Part shown: positions 51,346 through 64,000 of the stretch, in pieces | How the letters are laid out: each line of letters opens with the position of its first letter | Position numbering within the stretch: the stretch's first letter is position 1 | Assembly (NCBI GenBank): GCA_030141605.1 | Contig: JAQGDQ010000762.1 | Coordinates: forward strand, 36,464 to 100,463 | Origin: Tubiluchus corallicola | Lineage: Eukaryota > Animalia > Priapulida | Direction of reading: 5' to 3' | Length of the DNA stretch: 64,000 nucleotides | The notes under the pieces: generated by a model | What the model saw: the letters and a program-made list of their open reading frames with translations, nothing else | The model's database searches: none | Told to the model about the DNA's origin: nothing | Program-made: the position numbers and the translations under genes

Positions 51346-53714
51346 CTGTAACACCGTAATTGACGGTCTAGTTTCCGCGCACCACGCAGTACCATTGTAC
51401 CAAAACAGCGGATTATCGATCATACTACATGCATCGGACTATTAATATTGTCATAATTACAGCATTTGAAGAATCAAATTATTAATTTGTTATTATTATA
51501 GCAGGTAAACCTGGCAGAATTCGACAAAAAGATTTCTTTCTAACCTATTCTAGTTGAATAAAAAACACAGATCGCAAGCCGCCTCCACCGCAACACACAT
51601 TCTCATAAACGCTCGCAGCAAACCGCTACAGCCACATTATACAGCATGTAAACAAACGTGAAAGACAGGGAGAATCAGTATTTTGGTACGAGAAAATATT
51701 GATATAGGGAAGATTTGCTAGTAAGAATTTTTGATACGCGAAAATTTTAGTATCAGGAAAATTTGCTACTAGGAATTTTTAGTACATGGAAATTTCAGCA
51801 CTGGGAAAATTGAGTACAGTGAAAATGCGGATACTGGTAAATACAGTACTGGCGAATAATCTTATTGCTGAACCTTTCTAAGGTTTCCTCAAAATAATAT
51901 TGAAATAAGCTCAGCTTTCCTAGAGACTTGACTTTCCCTTTAATAACAAATTAACACAAAATACAACGATATTTTAACAGATTAATATATCTCAGACAAT
52001 TATACTAAAGCAAAGTAAATTTACCTGTAGTGGGTGTTAGACTACAAAAATGTTCCCCTTTATACACATCATAACACCAAACAAATAATATAGCTAATCA
52101 GTGTTGCAGCAGAATAATTTCTGACAGAAACGACGGTGTTTAAAAAACTAGATCATACAGTTAAAAAGTTATCACTACTAATTTTAATGCGAACTAAATA
52201 CACACGCTAAGTCGTGCAGACGCCAATTTAGTTTACAATTGCAGTATGACTCTGAAGCAGTGTTGCTGTTTATCCGATAACTATAGGAACATACAATAAT
52301 TTGAGGCTTCGAATTCATGATACCGTCTGTGAAATTACGGAGTTTCCTGTGTCTATGGTTTTTGGTGACGACTGGAATAAAAATTGGTTAAAATGGCGTT
52401 TAAGTATATTAAATAATAGATTGAAATCCTAATTAACGGCGGGCGTGCCCAACTATTGATGACGAACTAACAATTTCAACAGCCAAAATATTCCACGAGT
52501 GTGTTGCACGTGTTTGCGAAAGCAAAAATTGAAATACAGTGCTACTGCAAGATCTTCAGTGTGTTGTACTAAAATTAGGCAAGTTTTAAGACAAAAATTC
52601 AAATTTACCGCTGTGTTCACGCATAAGCTGTCGAACATGTGTAGTTCGTCAGAAACTAACACATCTGAACTGACAGGTACAGCACCTGTTTTTTGTGCAA
52701 TGCATTTCCAAAATGCAGGCGCTAGTGCTGTTCTAACCAGCGAATGGTGAAATGCATGTAACAGCGAAGAACTAGTGGTGCAAACGCGAAATTGTGTTTG
52801 TGTAGCAATAATTCCTTCACGTAAGTCATTAAATTTTTTGAGAAAATAGTATGTTCCATTTCAGTACTTTAAAGAGTAGATTGATTTGACCTACAGTTTA
52901 AGATTGGGTTCGGTTTTGCTTTAACCTTGGACTCCAGCTTGGCATTCAGTACTATGTATGGAGAACCATTGTTTTCAAGGTTTCATCTGATTTTCCGGAA
53001 TAGTGCATAAAGGAACCATGCACTCACGGAATGCTCAGATGCCCAGAAATAACAGCACTACTAACTGGATATGGAGCCCAACTAAAATAGGATTGTCCTC
53101 TACATGCCTGAGATAAAATCTGTAACTTACCATACAGCTGTAATCTTAAATGTCAATAATTGATGAAACTTTTCTAATTGTTACAAACGCCAGTATAAAT
53201 AAATGTTCTCCCAGCAGTTGCCAGCTGATGCTCAGTAACCCACTTTGCAGCCTCAGTTGTCATTTATGTGAAAAGAGATGGACAGGCGATTTTCATACCA
53301 AACACTAGACATCCGGCACGCGTATGCTTTATAGATAAAAATCAGTTTATATTGCTTTCAATGCACCCATTTATTAGACCAGCGTTATGCGTTATTTTTT
53401 CTGCAGCTACTTTCGATCTTTTTTTATACACAGCTAGTCCGCAGGTGGATAATGCATAACGTCTCCGGACGTGGTAAACACCGCTTTGCATTATTGCATA
53501 AAAATCACTTCGTACTGTTTTCAGTGATGCCCTTTATCAGACCAGCAGTAATGCGTAATTTTTTCGCAACTATTTTTATTGAGGTTGTTTATGCGCAGCT
53601 GGATATGCAAAATGTGTCTGATAAACACAGCGGTTACAGTTTTGGCAATAAATTAAATAAAATTGACGCTTTGAATCGTCGGATAGTTTGGGAATATTTT
53701 TTGATACTAGTAAG

Positions 53715-56700
53715 ATGGCGGCAATTTTAACAGATATTGTAAAAATGAAAGATGTGAAAATTTTTTTAATGTCCGTTTTATATCTTCTTATTCTTACGGC
53801 CGCTTCTGTAAAAATACGTGCACAAGACATTAGTGTGAATGAGCAAAATGAAAATGTTACGCAAGCGTTAAATATTACCGGAATGTCAGTGTTAAATAGA
53901 ACTCCAGACGACTCTGTTTTTAATGAAAATCAAAATGTAACAAATGGTGCGATGACTATTGTCAATACCACGGATATGCCGTTTTTAAACGCGACTGGCA
54001 ACAGTTATGAAAGCGTCACTACAATAGATAATTTAACGACGACTGAAAGTATAGCCAAAGTAAATTTGACTAGTACAACGTTAAAGCCAAAGCTTCGCAC
54101 TCATTTACCTGCTGATACAGGTAGTTCTAGCATTTAATAGTAAAACAGCAATGGTAATTGTTAGTAGTTAGTAGTAAAATTTTCATCAAAATCTGCTTGT
54201 TTTGCTAATAGCATATGTGAGAGAATTGAATTTTGTGTATTATTTATCAGTAATTCAATCACTAATTGTAACATGAACAGAGAAATTTTACCTTTACTCG
54301 TAAGCATATGTACTAAACAAAATACAGTAATTTCAATTACCCAAAGTAGTTCCCCCACATAGAGCATATCTTACATTGCAATATTTTTTTGATTTAGATT
54401 TATTATATACAATGCCAATGTGTTCATGGACATACAGAACAATATGTAACATACAAATTTTATAAATCAGCAGCACACAAAGACACGTCAAGTCAACACC
54501 ATAAGAAAACTTGTGCAGTGTTAACTTAATAAAAGGCATGAATAAATATGGAAAAAAGATAATTTAAAGAAAAAAATGCAGATGTTGAGCACAAAAATGA
54601 GAAAATGGATGAAAGTTATTGATGAGAATGATATATGCATAATTTTCAAAATTCAGTTAATCTAAATTAGAGTGGGGTTGGCATGCGAAAATCAAGAATT
54701 ACCGAACATCAATACAGACAATACTAAAAGAAGATAACACACAGACATGCAGGGCAGGTATAAATTGTCTATACACACACTCTCATAGTTGCTTCACACG
54801 CTTGCATACAATGTAATCAATTCTTTCTCTCATGCACACATATTGTCTACATACATGTATACACAACCACTTACTCATACACTCGCACACAATGAAGTCA
54901 GTCATTCTGTCATGCACACAATCATATTAATTACTGTAATTATGTGTCTATGTACTAAAGATATATTTCTTCAATTTTTTTTCGAAATATATGAATAGAA
55001 TTTGCAAGTTTTAAGTTCTAGGTTCAGTATTGGAAATGAATTGTTTTCCTACATTGGTTCTTAGCTGAATAATACTATATTGATTAAATCGAGTGTTGTA
55101 TATTTTATTGTTTATTTTAACAGGATTGTAAAAATAGTGGGAAAAGGTAGAAGTGAGTTTTAAACATAAAAATTGAAACGTTATAATATGCTAAATCATC
55201 TAATTTTAAAACTTTACAGCTTTAAAAGTCAAAGTTATTAACTTTTGCATGTTTAGGGAGGTTATATACAACTCGGATAAATTTCCTTTGCAGTCTTTTA
55301 AGATTCGTTATGCTATAGGGGTAAGTTGAATCCCAAGAACTGACTGAATTACTAATTACTGAAGTATTGATGAGTTATATGCATAGTGTAACTAACAGGG
55401 CAGCAGAAAGACTCTGCCTAATATGGGAAGTTATTCCAATATTTTTAGCAGTTTTTGTGTTTATCATGTTAGTATGTGGATTCCAACTCAAATTCTTATT
55501 AATTATCACCCCAAGAAACGTAATTTAGGAAACACGCTCAATGTAAGTATCATCAATTACAAGCTGCTTATTTGTTAGAAGAGGCTTATTTCTTGATAGA
55601 AATAAGACAAACCTAGTTTTGTTGGGATTAAGTGATAACTTATTTTTCTTTTAATCAGACAGATATAAGGTCAAGAGCATTATTTAGACTAGTGATTAGT
55701 GTTGGCAATAATATAGTTGTGTCATCATCTTATAGAATAAGTTTAATATTGTTTTGAATATTAATGATATTATTGTAACAAAATATAGGCTTACACAATT
55801 GTAGGCCTACTCACTAAGTGCTTATTATATGCCTTCTTTATGATCAATGAATTGAGATAACGCAATTCAATTGTATTTCCATCTTAGTTTCACAAACACA
55901 GAAATTACTGCAGCACTGTTATTTGTGGACTATATTAGTGTGAGTGAAAGACATGTAAATCGAATTCTTCGCAAATTGTGACTTGTAACTGACAGATGTT
56001 ACAGTATCTCAACTATTTTATTATAATACCAAGTAGAAAAACATAAAAAACTTAAACATAATTTTGCCACGTTTTTTATTATTCAAAGTTCACAAACATT
56101 AACTGAACGATTTACAATTTATCGCCGATTACGGTATATATTACAGAGCCTTGAAAATCACTTTTATCCAAACTGGCAAAAATTTACCCAAGAAATAAAA
56201 ACAATATCTTTATCTCGGTGAATTTCGACTAAGTTGTATCTAAACAAAATTTAATTAAATGATAAAAAGGAACGAAGTGAAATAACACTTAGACAACTTT
56301 TACAAATTTTCGCCTTGTGGTTCAGTATTGAGGAAACAATTCAAATCAACACTGAAGAAGTTCACGGGACAGGACATTTGATCACCAGTTTTCCCGCTAA
56401 AATGTTCGGCACAGTGAAAAATGACCCAAAAGCTTCCATAACCTCATATATGTCTAGTACTAAACGATGGCGCCAAAGCATTCCGCGTTGAGCAGGTTGC
56501 GAAAATGTTATGATACCCAAAAGTTCACATTTCAGCTTCATTAAGTAATTAAATTTAAATATCATTAAGCCCGTCTGCCAACAAAAGGTTTAAACTTAGC
56601 AATAAACAGGAATTTTTTTTAAAATTCTAAAATGAAACACATATTTTTCAAAGAGAACAATCAAAATTATTATATGATGTCCATCTCCCTGAAATGGGCT

Positions 56701-59700
56701 TGCAAAACATGCATAAATGCAGATTGCCATTCAATATCTTCACCTTTGTTAAATGAAATGGGAATTTCTAACACACACAAACACGTGTGTGTAATGAAAA
56801 CACCTTGATTAGAATTGTTGAAAAGGATGTCTATGCGAGACTTCACCATGAGATCAGCACCTATACAGAATCCAAAGTCGAAATTTCGAGATACTAAGTC
56901 GAAACTTCGTGATACTAAGTCAAATTTTCGAGATAGTAAGTTGAAGTTTCTAGATACTAAGTCGAAATTGCGAGATACTAAGTAGGAATCTTGAGATAGT
57001 AAATGGGAATTTCGAGTTACCTTCCAAGTTTCATCAGTTGTATGGTAGGTATTTCATAGGTAAATTTTAAGCATGAATGTTATTAGGACACAAGGTAGTT
57101 TGAACACATTTATGTTCTAAGTTGTGCTTTTTAAGATGATACTACATATCACCGAAGAATGGCTAAAATTTAATATTTTTAACCCCTGAATCATTGTAGT
57201 TATTTGCACCAGTAACCAGTATGGTTTCTATCAATAAGCCTGATAAACTAAGTGATTAATTAAATTTAAATATACAGGTTTTCTTTTCATAAGCAGTATT
57301 CTATAAAACCTGTAATGCTGTTATAATATATGTATATGCAGGATTTTGTACTATTTTATACCATTTTCTCCATATCAGTGTATGTGACCTCGATCTCGAT
57401 CTTGTAACTTTAAATGGCCCGAGAAATTACAAACAGTGATGCATGGTTTAAAAATAATTGATTAGTAATTTTTACTAGTTTATTGTTGATTGTCAGAACT
57501 TTATTTTTCCGTGACAAAAATCAGAAAGTGCAGTGTAATACATGAACATTTCAGATATTGGCTTATGCACATGTGATCTCACTGCTAGTGGATGTGATGT
57601 CAATTGCTGCTGTGACATAGATTGCTCAGAAGAGGATCGCACAGCTTTTAGCTTTTGCCTTGACCATTTACCTGAGTATGCTATTACTTTGTGTTAACTT
57701 ACTCAAACGATTTTTGAAGAAATAAATATGCAGTGGAGTTTTGAAAAACTAACTTGTTACCAAATATATACATAAGGTACAAATGTAGATGGATTTGGGC
57801 TTTTGTGGAAATAAATAAGATTTAGAATTCCTTTTTATAGACAAGATGATCGATACTGCTTCAGAGAAGGAACAGTTGTTAGAAACAACACTGAATACAA
57901 AACCAATGTAGCACAGACTGGCCTGCTTTGCATTGTCACAGATAATTGTAAGTATTAACTACACTTATATTATATACTGTATAGTTATTTACTCAAGTGA
58001 CACATTTTTAATGTGTAGATGTGTAGACATATTACGTGTAGTAATACTAAAAAGTCTTTACCTTTGACGGTTTAACTCTTCATTTTTTTTAAATATTACT
58101 TCTGTTAACATAATCCTTTCACAGTGAAAGCGAGTACATTCAAAACAAACCATTTCTTATTTTCGACTAGTTTTATAGACTTGTCAGATGCTTGTGTTGA
58201 TTAGTTGTGGAAGTAAGCCAAACTGTTGTGTTTCTAGTTGAAGATCGGAACTACTATGCAATTCCACACAAAGTTGAAACACTCGAGGAATTTGAATCAT
58301 ACAGAAGTATGTATGGTAGTCCGTCATATTCTTATACTGAAGATACTGATGACAGTGACATTTTTATGGACTTCTACAAGGTAACAGTGTTGAACTGTTA
58401 TAATTTACCATTAAATGTCTGTTGTCATTTCCCAATAAATGTAAAATTCACACTCAATGTTGTCATTTACAAAAGTCCACAGTGGAGGAATAAATCATTT
58501 CTTTTTTACTATTACAGTAGGCGCTGCTTAATTGAGTCACTGTTAATAGACTCAATCGCTTAATTGACTCAAAAACAACTGGAACAGGCTGCTTCTATTC
58601 AAATATACATAAAAACTATCGGTAATTGACTCAAATAACTTCGCATAATTGACTCAATATTTTTCCTTCAGCTACTTAAAATAAGATATTTGTATTTGCT
58701 AAAAGGACCTTTCCTACTTTTATGTCATCTTTACTTCCCTTTTGTGCACTATGTATGCAGAAACAATAATGTTAAGTACCGTTTTGTTTATAAGCAGGTA
58801 CGTTTATCATGCACTAATATGCTAGCATAGCGGTTTTGCTTTGAATCTGTTACCCGCTCGCCTGCTATTACCCAAAGAATTTCTGGAAGCTAAACATTTA
58901 ATCACTTGCCTAGCGGTTTCTTTTTGATGCTCTCGTTGCAAATCATGCTTTCAGGCTTAATGAGTTAATAGTCAGAGATGCAGATACAGTAATCAGCCGG
59001 TATTCCTTGTAACTTATAAGAGTAAATGTCATACAGCAAATAAGGGCAATATAAGTGAGCAGACAATTCAGAACTGTTTTAGTCACACACAACAACAGAT
59101 TTTCAACGTTTATATAATTACGAGAACTCTGTGACTTCTTCGCAAGAAAATGAAGCAGCCGACTTTGAAGGAATTTTTGTAATTTGTGCAAATAAACAGA
59201 CTTAGAAAAGTCAGTGATTTAGAAAAGTATACATTTTAATTTTTTCCTAAATCATTTATATAAATTAATATTTTAAAATGTTTTTTCTAATTTTTAATTA
59301 CACAAAGAAATTTAGGCATTACTTCGTTTCTAAAATGCATTAAAAACCTTTGCAGTGCATAGTAGGCTGATGGCTCATACTTCTATGCCTGTAATACTGC
59401 ATGCATTGGTTAATAGGTTCATTCGGTTAATTGGGTCAAAACACATCGGTCCCAAAGTGAGTCTATTAAGCGGCGCCTACTGTACAATTAAAAAGTCAGT
59501 CACTGAACAGAAGGGGGCTTCAAAATGTGTCTCGCTTGAAAACCAAGCTGCATGTAACTGAAATCTTTTACAGAACTCGTTCAAACTACTGCCAATTTTT
59601 GGTACAAAGTTATGCTTACAAAGTCTTGCCATTGCGAGTTTTGCAGATATAGTCCTCTATATCTATATATATGACCAAACAGTTGAGCTGTCGTGCTGCC

Positions 59701-62025
59701 TCATAATACCGGAGCCTTGTTAGAAAGCTTGGTTCACTCATATACTTTGCATGTCATGCTAAAGACATAATTTATTAACTAAATCATTTCCAAATACTTC
59801 AAGAGGTAATTTAGTTTAATAACTTCTCATTTTTTCCCAGGCCGATTAGCTTTTTTGGTCAAGCTAAGGACAATAGAAATACTATGAATTCGAATCTTAT
59901 GTTATGCTGTGAGCTGCCAATGCTTTTGGTGTTGCTCCAACACATTTCATTAGGAAAGTACACTCAAGGTTCATACAGTGCTGCTAAAGTTATATTGCCG
60001 ATGTTATACAAAACTCTTAAGTGCCTTTTTTGTTTGTTAAGATTTTGTCCGAGGTTATTAAGACTGTGCTAGAGTTATCGCTTTTAAATTAATAGGTCAT
60101 AAAATAATAATGGAAAGCAAAAATTCAAAATTTCAAAACTTTTAATTTTAAGCTAAATGCTCATGCTGTCAAGTGCATTTGTCCAACCCTTTTGGCATTT
60201 GTCCAATTACCCGATACCGCCCATTCTTTTTAATAGTTTTGTATCTCAGCTTCTCTAGCTATGAGATCATGTTAAGATGAGAAGTTAGGAGATCTGTTAG
60301 GGTTGAAGAAATCTATAGTTCTGTTCGTAACATTTCTGAATCAATTTATCTAGCTTGATTATTACAAAAAATGTATATCTTGTATAAAAAACGTCAACTG
60401 TATTTGACAAACAACTTGACTTCAAATAAGACAAAATTGAAAACAATACATTTGGTTTTTTTGCAAAAGTTTGTTAAAATTTCATGCTGAATTCAAATTA
60501 ACAAGATCTGTAATTGTACTAGGAAGCATACACCGTTATTCTATTTAAGACTGCTGTGAACATTTGTGATTTCATTTATACTGATAAAACTTCTAAAAAC
60601 ATCTGTTGGGGAAATTAATGCCTTAACTTTTGTATGTTTCGATGCTTCTAACTCATTGTAATGCATTAAACACAAGTTGCAAAATGTATTATTGGGCGAA
60701 CATAAAAAATTTATATTGTCGTAGTCAAATTCAGATTAGCTGATTGTGGAGCAAGATACAACGAAACTGTTAATGGTTACCAGTACTGGCAGAGAATGTG
60801 ATCTGATGCAAATGAGAAGTCGTTGACTTTCTTAAGAATTTGCATTTTTAAGAGCTTGCTGTAATAAATGATAATGTTAGAGGCAAAGGGTATTGGGTAT
60901 TCCAATTTTTCAATATTCTCATATGCCTAGACATTTTGTGAAGTGCCCAAACAAATCAGGTAAAGTATTTAAAGTAGTTCCTTCTACACTTTTTCTATAT
61001 ATAATGTTAGCTGTTCCTATATGATGTTCCACACCTTTTTTGGAAGTGTACTTGTTGGTCAACCTGATTGAGCACTATGTCAGAGTTGATGATGTTGCAT
61101 CCATTGCCAATAAAATAACTAACTCACAGGCTTAGTTGAACGGCTTGCTTAATTGAGTACACTGACTAAGTAATTTTGTGCATTCCATATAGCGGCTAGG
61201 TAATTTATAAAATATCTAGCAAAAGTTTGTTTCAACTCGAATTATGTTAATTTTATACTGCTAAAGTCATTTTCCACGTTTTATATAAATTCTAGCTATT
61301 ACATAAAATGCCTATTTAAATTGTAAAAGATTCACAGCAAAAATTTTTGTTATACACTTTTCCCTGAATGCATAAGTGTGCATGAAACGCCTAGGAATTC
61401 TGTAAAATGTGTAAATTTTACACATTGTCTGTAACAATTATATCTCAAGATATTATCAATTCGTAATTAACGAAGTACCTCATCCTGGGATCTTAGCTTT
61501 CAAATTGCCAAACTCATATAAAAAATAACTCAGTTACATTGCAAAAATTTTTATTATAAAAATATTCCATTATGAAAAAAAATATGATGATATATGCTGG
61601 CAATGAGAAGCCTTGTTTTCCTGTGGCCATTGCATGCATTTACTGCTTTTATCATTGTGATCTTTAATGTTTTTAGCTTTGATATTCTGTTTTTTATGAT
61701 ATAATTTAAAAAAAACTTTTATGACCATTTAATAACTGACCTTTCTTGTGCTTTTAATTTTGAAACTATGTTACGGGTTTTCCAAAAGCTATTTCAAAAG
61801 TGATGCATTCATGCTATTTGTGATGCACAGAATTATATATGTCAGCTCCTTAGTTGTACTAGCTCTTTCTATTATTATGTTTTAAATGAATATCACAGAA
61901 TTGTCATTCATTCTTTTTTCAGTCTGGTGATTCTATTTATGTATTTCATGGTGATCTTGTATTGAGTAAATTGGGATTGCCAGCTTCCATGAATGACAAA
62001 AGATGTATTGATAGCAATAGTGCAG
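53715..62025 (+). CDS. Tectonic-family ciliary transition-zone protein (TCTN1/TCTN3-like), first five exons; continues beyond the right end
   Basis: Exons 53715-54120 (signal peptide plus Asn/Thr-rich stalk), 57555-57675 ([20 protein letters not shown], tectonic Cys motif), 57841-57947 (YCF...LLCIVTDN), 58238-58380 (..DFYK) and 61923-62025 (SGDSI...LPAS...CIDSNSA). All GT-AG with consistent phases. Confidence 0.92.
55400..55800 (-). mobile_element. Decayed L2/Crack-like LINE RT fragment
   Basis: The minus strand reads DDDTTIL (YADD variant), [15 protein letters not shown] and [15 protein letters not shown]. Confidence 0.65.
56875..57018. repeat. 21-bp minisatellite, about 7 degenerate copies
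   Basis: Unit aagtcgaaatttcgagatact, repeated with substitutions. Confidence 0.9.
58515..59482. mobile_element. Tc1/mariner (pogo/Tigger-like) MITE with TA target-site duplication
   Basis: TA|cagtaggcgctgcttaattgagtcac ... gtgagtctattaagcggcgcctactg|TA gives near-perfect 26-bp TIRs. Subterminal taattgactcaa repeats are present and there is no coding capacity. Confidence 0.88.
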
Positions 62026-62107
62026 GTAATTAGCCTAATATTTATTAATAACTATTTAGGAAACGGTTGACATTTTTTGTGATTAGTTTTGATTTTTCAA
62101 AACGACA

Positions 62108-62109
<2 letters not shown>

Positions 62110-62143
<34 letters not shown>
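62110..62143. repeat. (TAT)n microsatellite
   Basis: Visible tattattattatt run. Confidence 0.95.
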
Positions 62144-62144
<1 letters not shown>

Positions 62145-62765
62145 GTAATTACATCTAAACCAATTATCATCTTTTTGTGCTCAAAAATGATACATACATA
62201 TATCAAGTTGAGTATTTGAAAGAATATCTAGTCAAGTCTAATTAAATGAGTGATGTAATCAGTGGTCAAATAACCTTCAGTGCACAACTAGAAATATTGA
62301 AATTACCACGTAATACACACACATCGAATTACTGATTAAAATGCGAAAGAAAACCATTGTCATTCTTATCGCCTGACCGTTTAAAGTGAGAATGGCTAGA
62401 CATGAAATAATCACAATGATGATTTTACTTATTACTTGCCTGACATAGACATTGAATTCTGAATTTGAATTTAACTTTTTATTTCACACTCAAGGTGTAT
62501 AGTATAACACATTCAATCACACACAACTTATAATTACTATGTACAAACATACACAAATACTAAACCATCTATAACTTAATTCCCTACCATATAAATAAAA
62601 ATAATAATTGTGTATATAAGATTGATCACCATTTAGCACGTATACTTGATGCGTACCTAATATCACTGTTTCACAGCGGATTCACAATGGCATTACTACT
62701 GTTTATTATCCTATATACAATGCAAACACACATGCTCTTCTAATAAAATCAAAGTATTTTAAATT

Positions 62766-63607
62766 TTGGGCTACATTATAGATAGATTGCAAGCGGCGAT
62801 TAACCCGGCCCACCTTGATCACGTAACATACGTTCTCACAAACACTCGCTGCAAGTTGCTACAGTACATAAACAAGTTTGAGGATGGGTGTATTTTAAGT
62901 GATTTATCGGCAATTCTGGAAAATGTATCATTGAGCTACAAACCAAACTATAAGAACTTGTCTAGTAAATCCTTACGAAGAGGACTTAATTATTATATGA
63001 AAGGATGTGTCCACCATACTAAGATTTATTGCGAAGTTTCAAACATATAGTTACAAATGAAGTGCTAAAATAAAAATATGAAACTGTGTCTTAACTCTGC
63101 TTTACATGTTGTGTTGTAAAGCAAAATTTTTATAACACTTTTACTTACACCAAAAACAAATTCTTTTAGTGTCTTGCACCTAATTCTAACATAAACACGA
63201 AAACTGAATAAATTAATTAAAAATCAGGTCAGTTAGCCCAGCTGAATTATTTAACTATATTACTGCAAGTTCTAAAAGTCATACTCAACGAACGAAATCC
63301 TATTTTTTGCTGTACAGTATCTGGAATATCTTATTACAGTACGTTAAATCCTGATTTAGCATGACACATTCTAAGAGTAGAGAGCAGTAATAATAAAACA
63401 TTAGAAAACTTCTCTTTGAGTATACAGCACGATTTTTATTAATTTTTAATGGGTTGAGCTGTCCATGTGGCCTCCCGCATGCTCTGTCCCAATAGTGACA
63501 CTTGTCTAAATCTTTTTTGGATTTGGGAAACTTATAAGTCAAACTCCTAATCTTTCTGGATAGTGAACATCCACATTACACGTACCTCAAGCACAATGCT
63601 TCACCAT
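62766..63607. mobile_element. Internally deleted THAP-transposase / nuclease two-ORF DNA transposon (ISL2EU- or Kolobok-like) in a tectonic intron
   Basis: The minus strand from 63607 reads MVKHCA*GTCNVDVHYPERL..FPK.KKDLDKCHYWDRACGRPH..LN..KINKNRAVYSK, a degenerate THAP domain. The convergent plus strand reads SKSLRRGLNYYMKGCVH..., like the N-terminus of the companion SWIM/YqaJ-type ORF. Confidence 0.6.
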
Positions 63608-63722
63608 ACTTCACTACTATTAGCGAATTTTAGCTGCACAAGGTCTTCTATGGTAAGAAGTGTTTCTACAAATGTTTCTCCACGAGAAACTGCCCCACCG
63701 CACAGTTGGGGCCATAGCCACA

Positions 63723-64000
63723 ATGAGGAAGTCCGTACGCTACCGCACTCTAAGAGATGGGTTAAGAACTGCCGAGGTAAATGTTAACGAAATGGCAGGG
63801 AGAGAGCATCGAGTTGATGGACCACAACCCGGTGTGAGGGCAAGCCGGGAACCCGGTGAGGAACAGCTGGCAAACCGGGACACACTTAGAGAAAGTATCG
63901 AAAGGGATATAGAAACTGGAAATATGCAAAATCGTAGTGACATGGTTGCAGCTCTGGCATTCGCTAGAGCCGCATTGGGAGGTGGCGATTTGGATGGGGC
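63723..64000 (+). other. GC-rich open reading frame truncated by the window end, probably the first ORF of a mobile element
   Basis: An ATG at 63723 opens 92 stop-free codons (MRKSVRYRTLRDGLRTAEVNVNEMAGREHRVDGPQPG...ALGGGDLDG). GC content rises sharply from about 63675. Confidence 0.45.

Noticed and set aside
56875-57018. Regular repeats as a CRISPR array (also 45774-45884)
   Set aside because: The units are head-to-tail with no unique spacers, there are no cas genes, and the context is eukaryotic.
63580-63595. In-frame TGA in the THAP ORF as selenocysteine or readthrough
   Set aside because: It sits at a Trp-like position (TGG>TGA), and the ORF has another stop and a frameshift, so it is ordinary decay.
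63674-63735. Hammerhead or HDV-like ribozyme, or a tRNA primer-binding site (tggggccatagcc)
   Set aside because: There is no intact CUGANGA core, no P2 partner for an HDV fold, and no exact match to tRNA 3' ends I know. Kept only as an unexplained structured leader.

Overview
AT-rich animal genomic DNA with GT-AG spliceosomal introns. The repeat types suggest a lophotrochozoan-like invertebrate, which is an inference. It is not prokaryotic, and I found no rRNA, tRNA or CRISPR array. Manual splicing gives seven protein-coding genes: the 5' part of mitochondrial glycerol-3-phosphate dehydrogenase GPD2 (-, running off the left end); a single-ORF C2H2 zinc-finger gene (+); an unnamed 4-exon Cys-rich single-pass membrane protein (+); a complete 10-exon GTPBP6/HflX GTPase (-); a 2-exon TMEM70-like mitochondrial membrane protein (+); a complete 3-exon ALKBH2 (-, with a GC-AG intron); and the first five exons of a tectonic ciliary gene (+, running off the right end). 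Introns and intergenic DNA hold decayed LINEs, a PHD-finger ORF1 remnant, several non-autonomous DNA transposons (CACTA-like with nested palindromes, Tc1/pogo MITE, hAT-like, Helentron-like, THAP/ISL2EU-like) and tandem repeats. A GC-rich open ORF begins at the right edge. I found no clearly new multi-gene system. The best leads are the uncharacterised Cys-rich membrane gene, a duplicated GTPBP6 splice donor that may form a poison micro-exon, a perfect 33-bp hairpin, the palindrome-rich CACTA-like element and the GC-rich ORF at the right edge.
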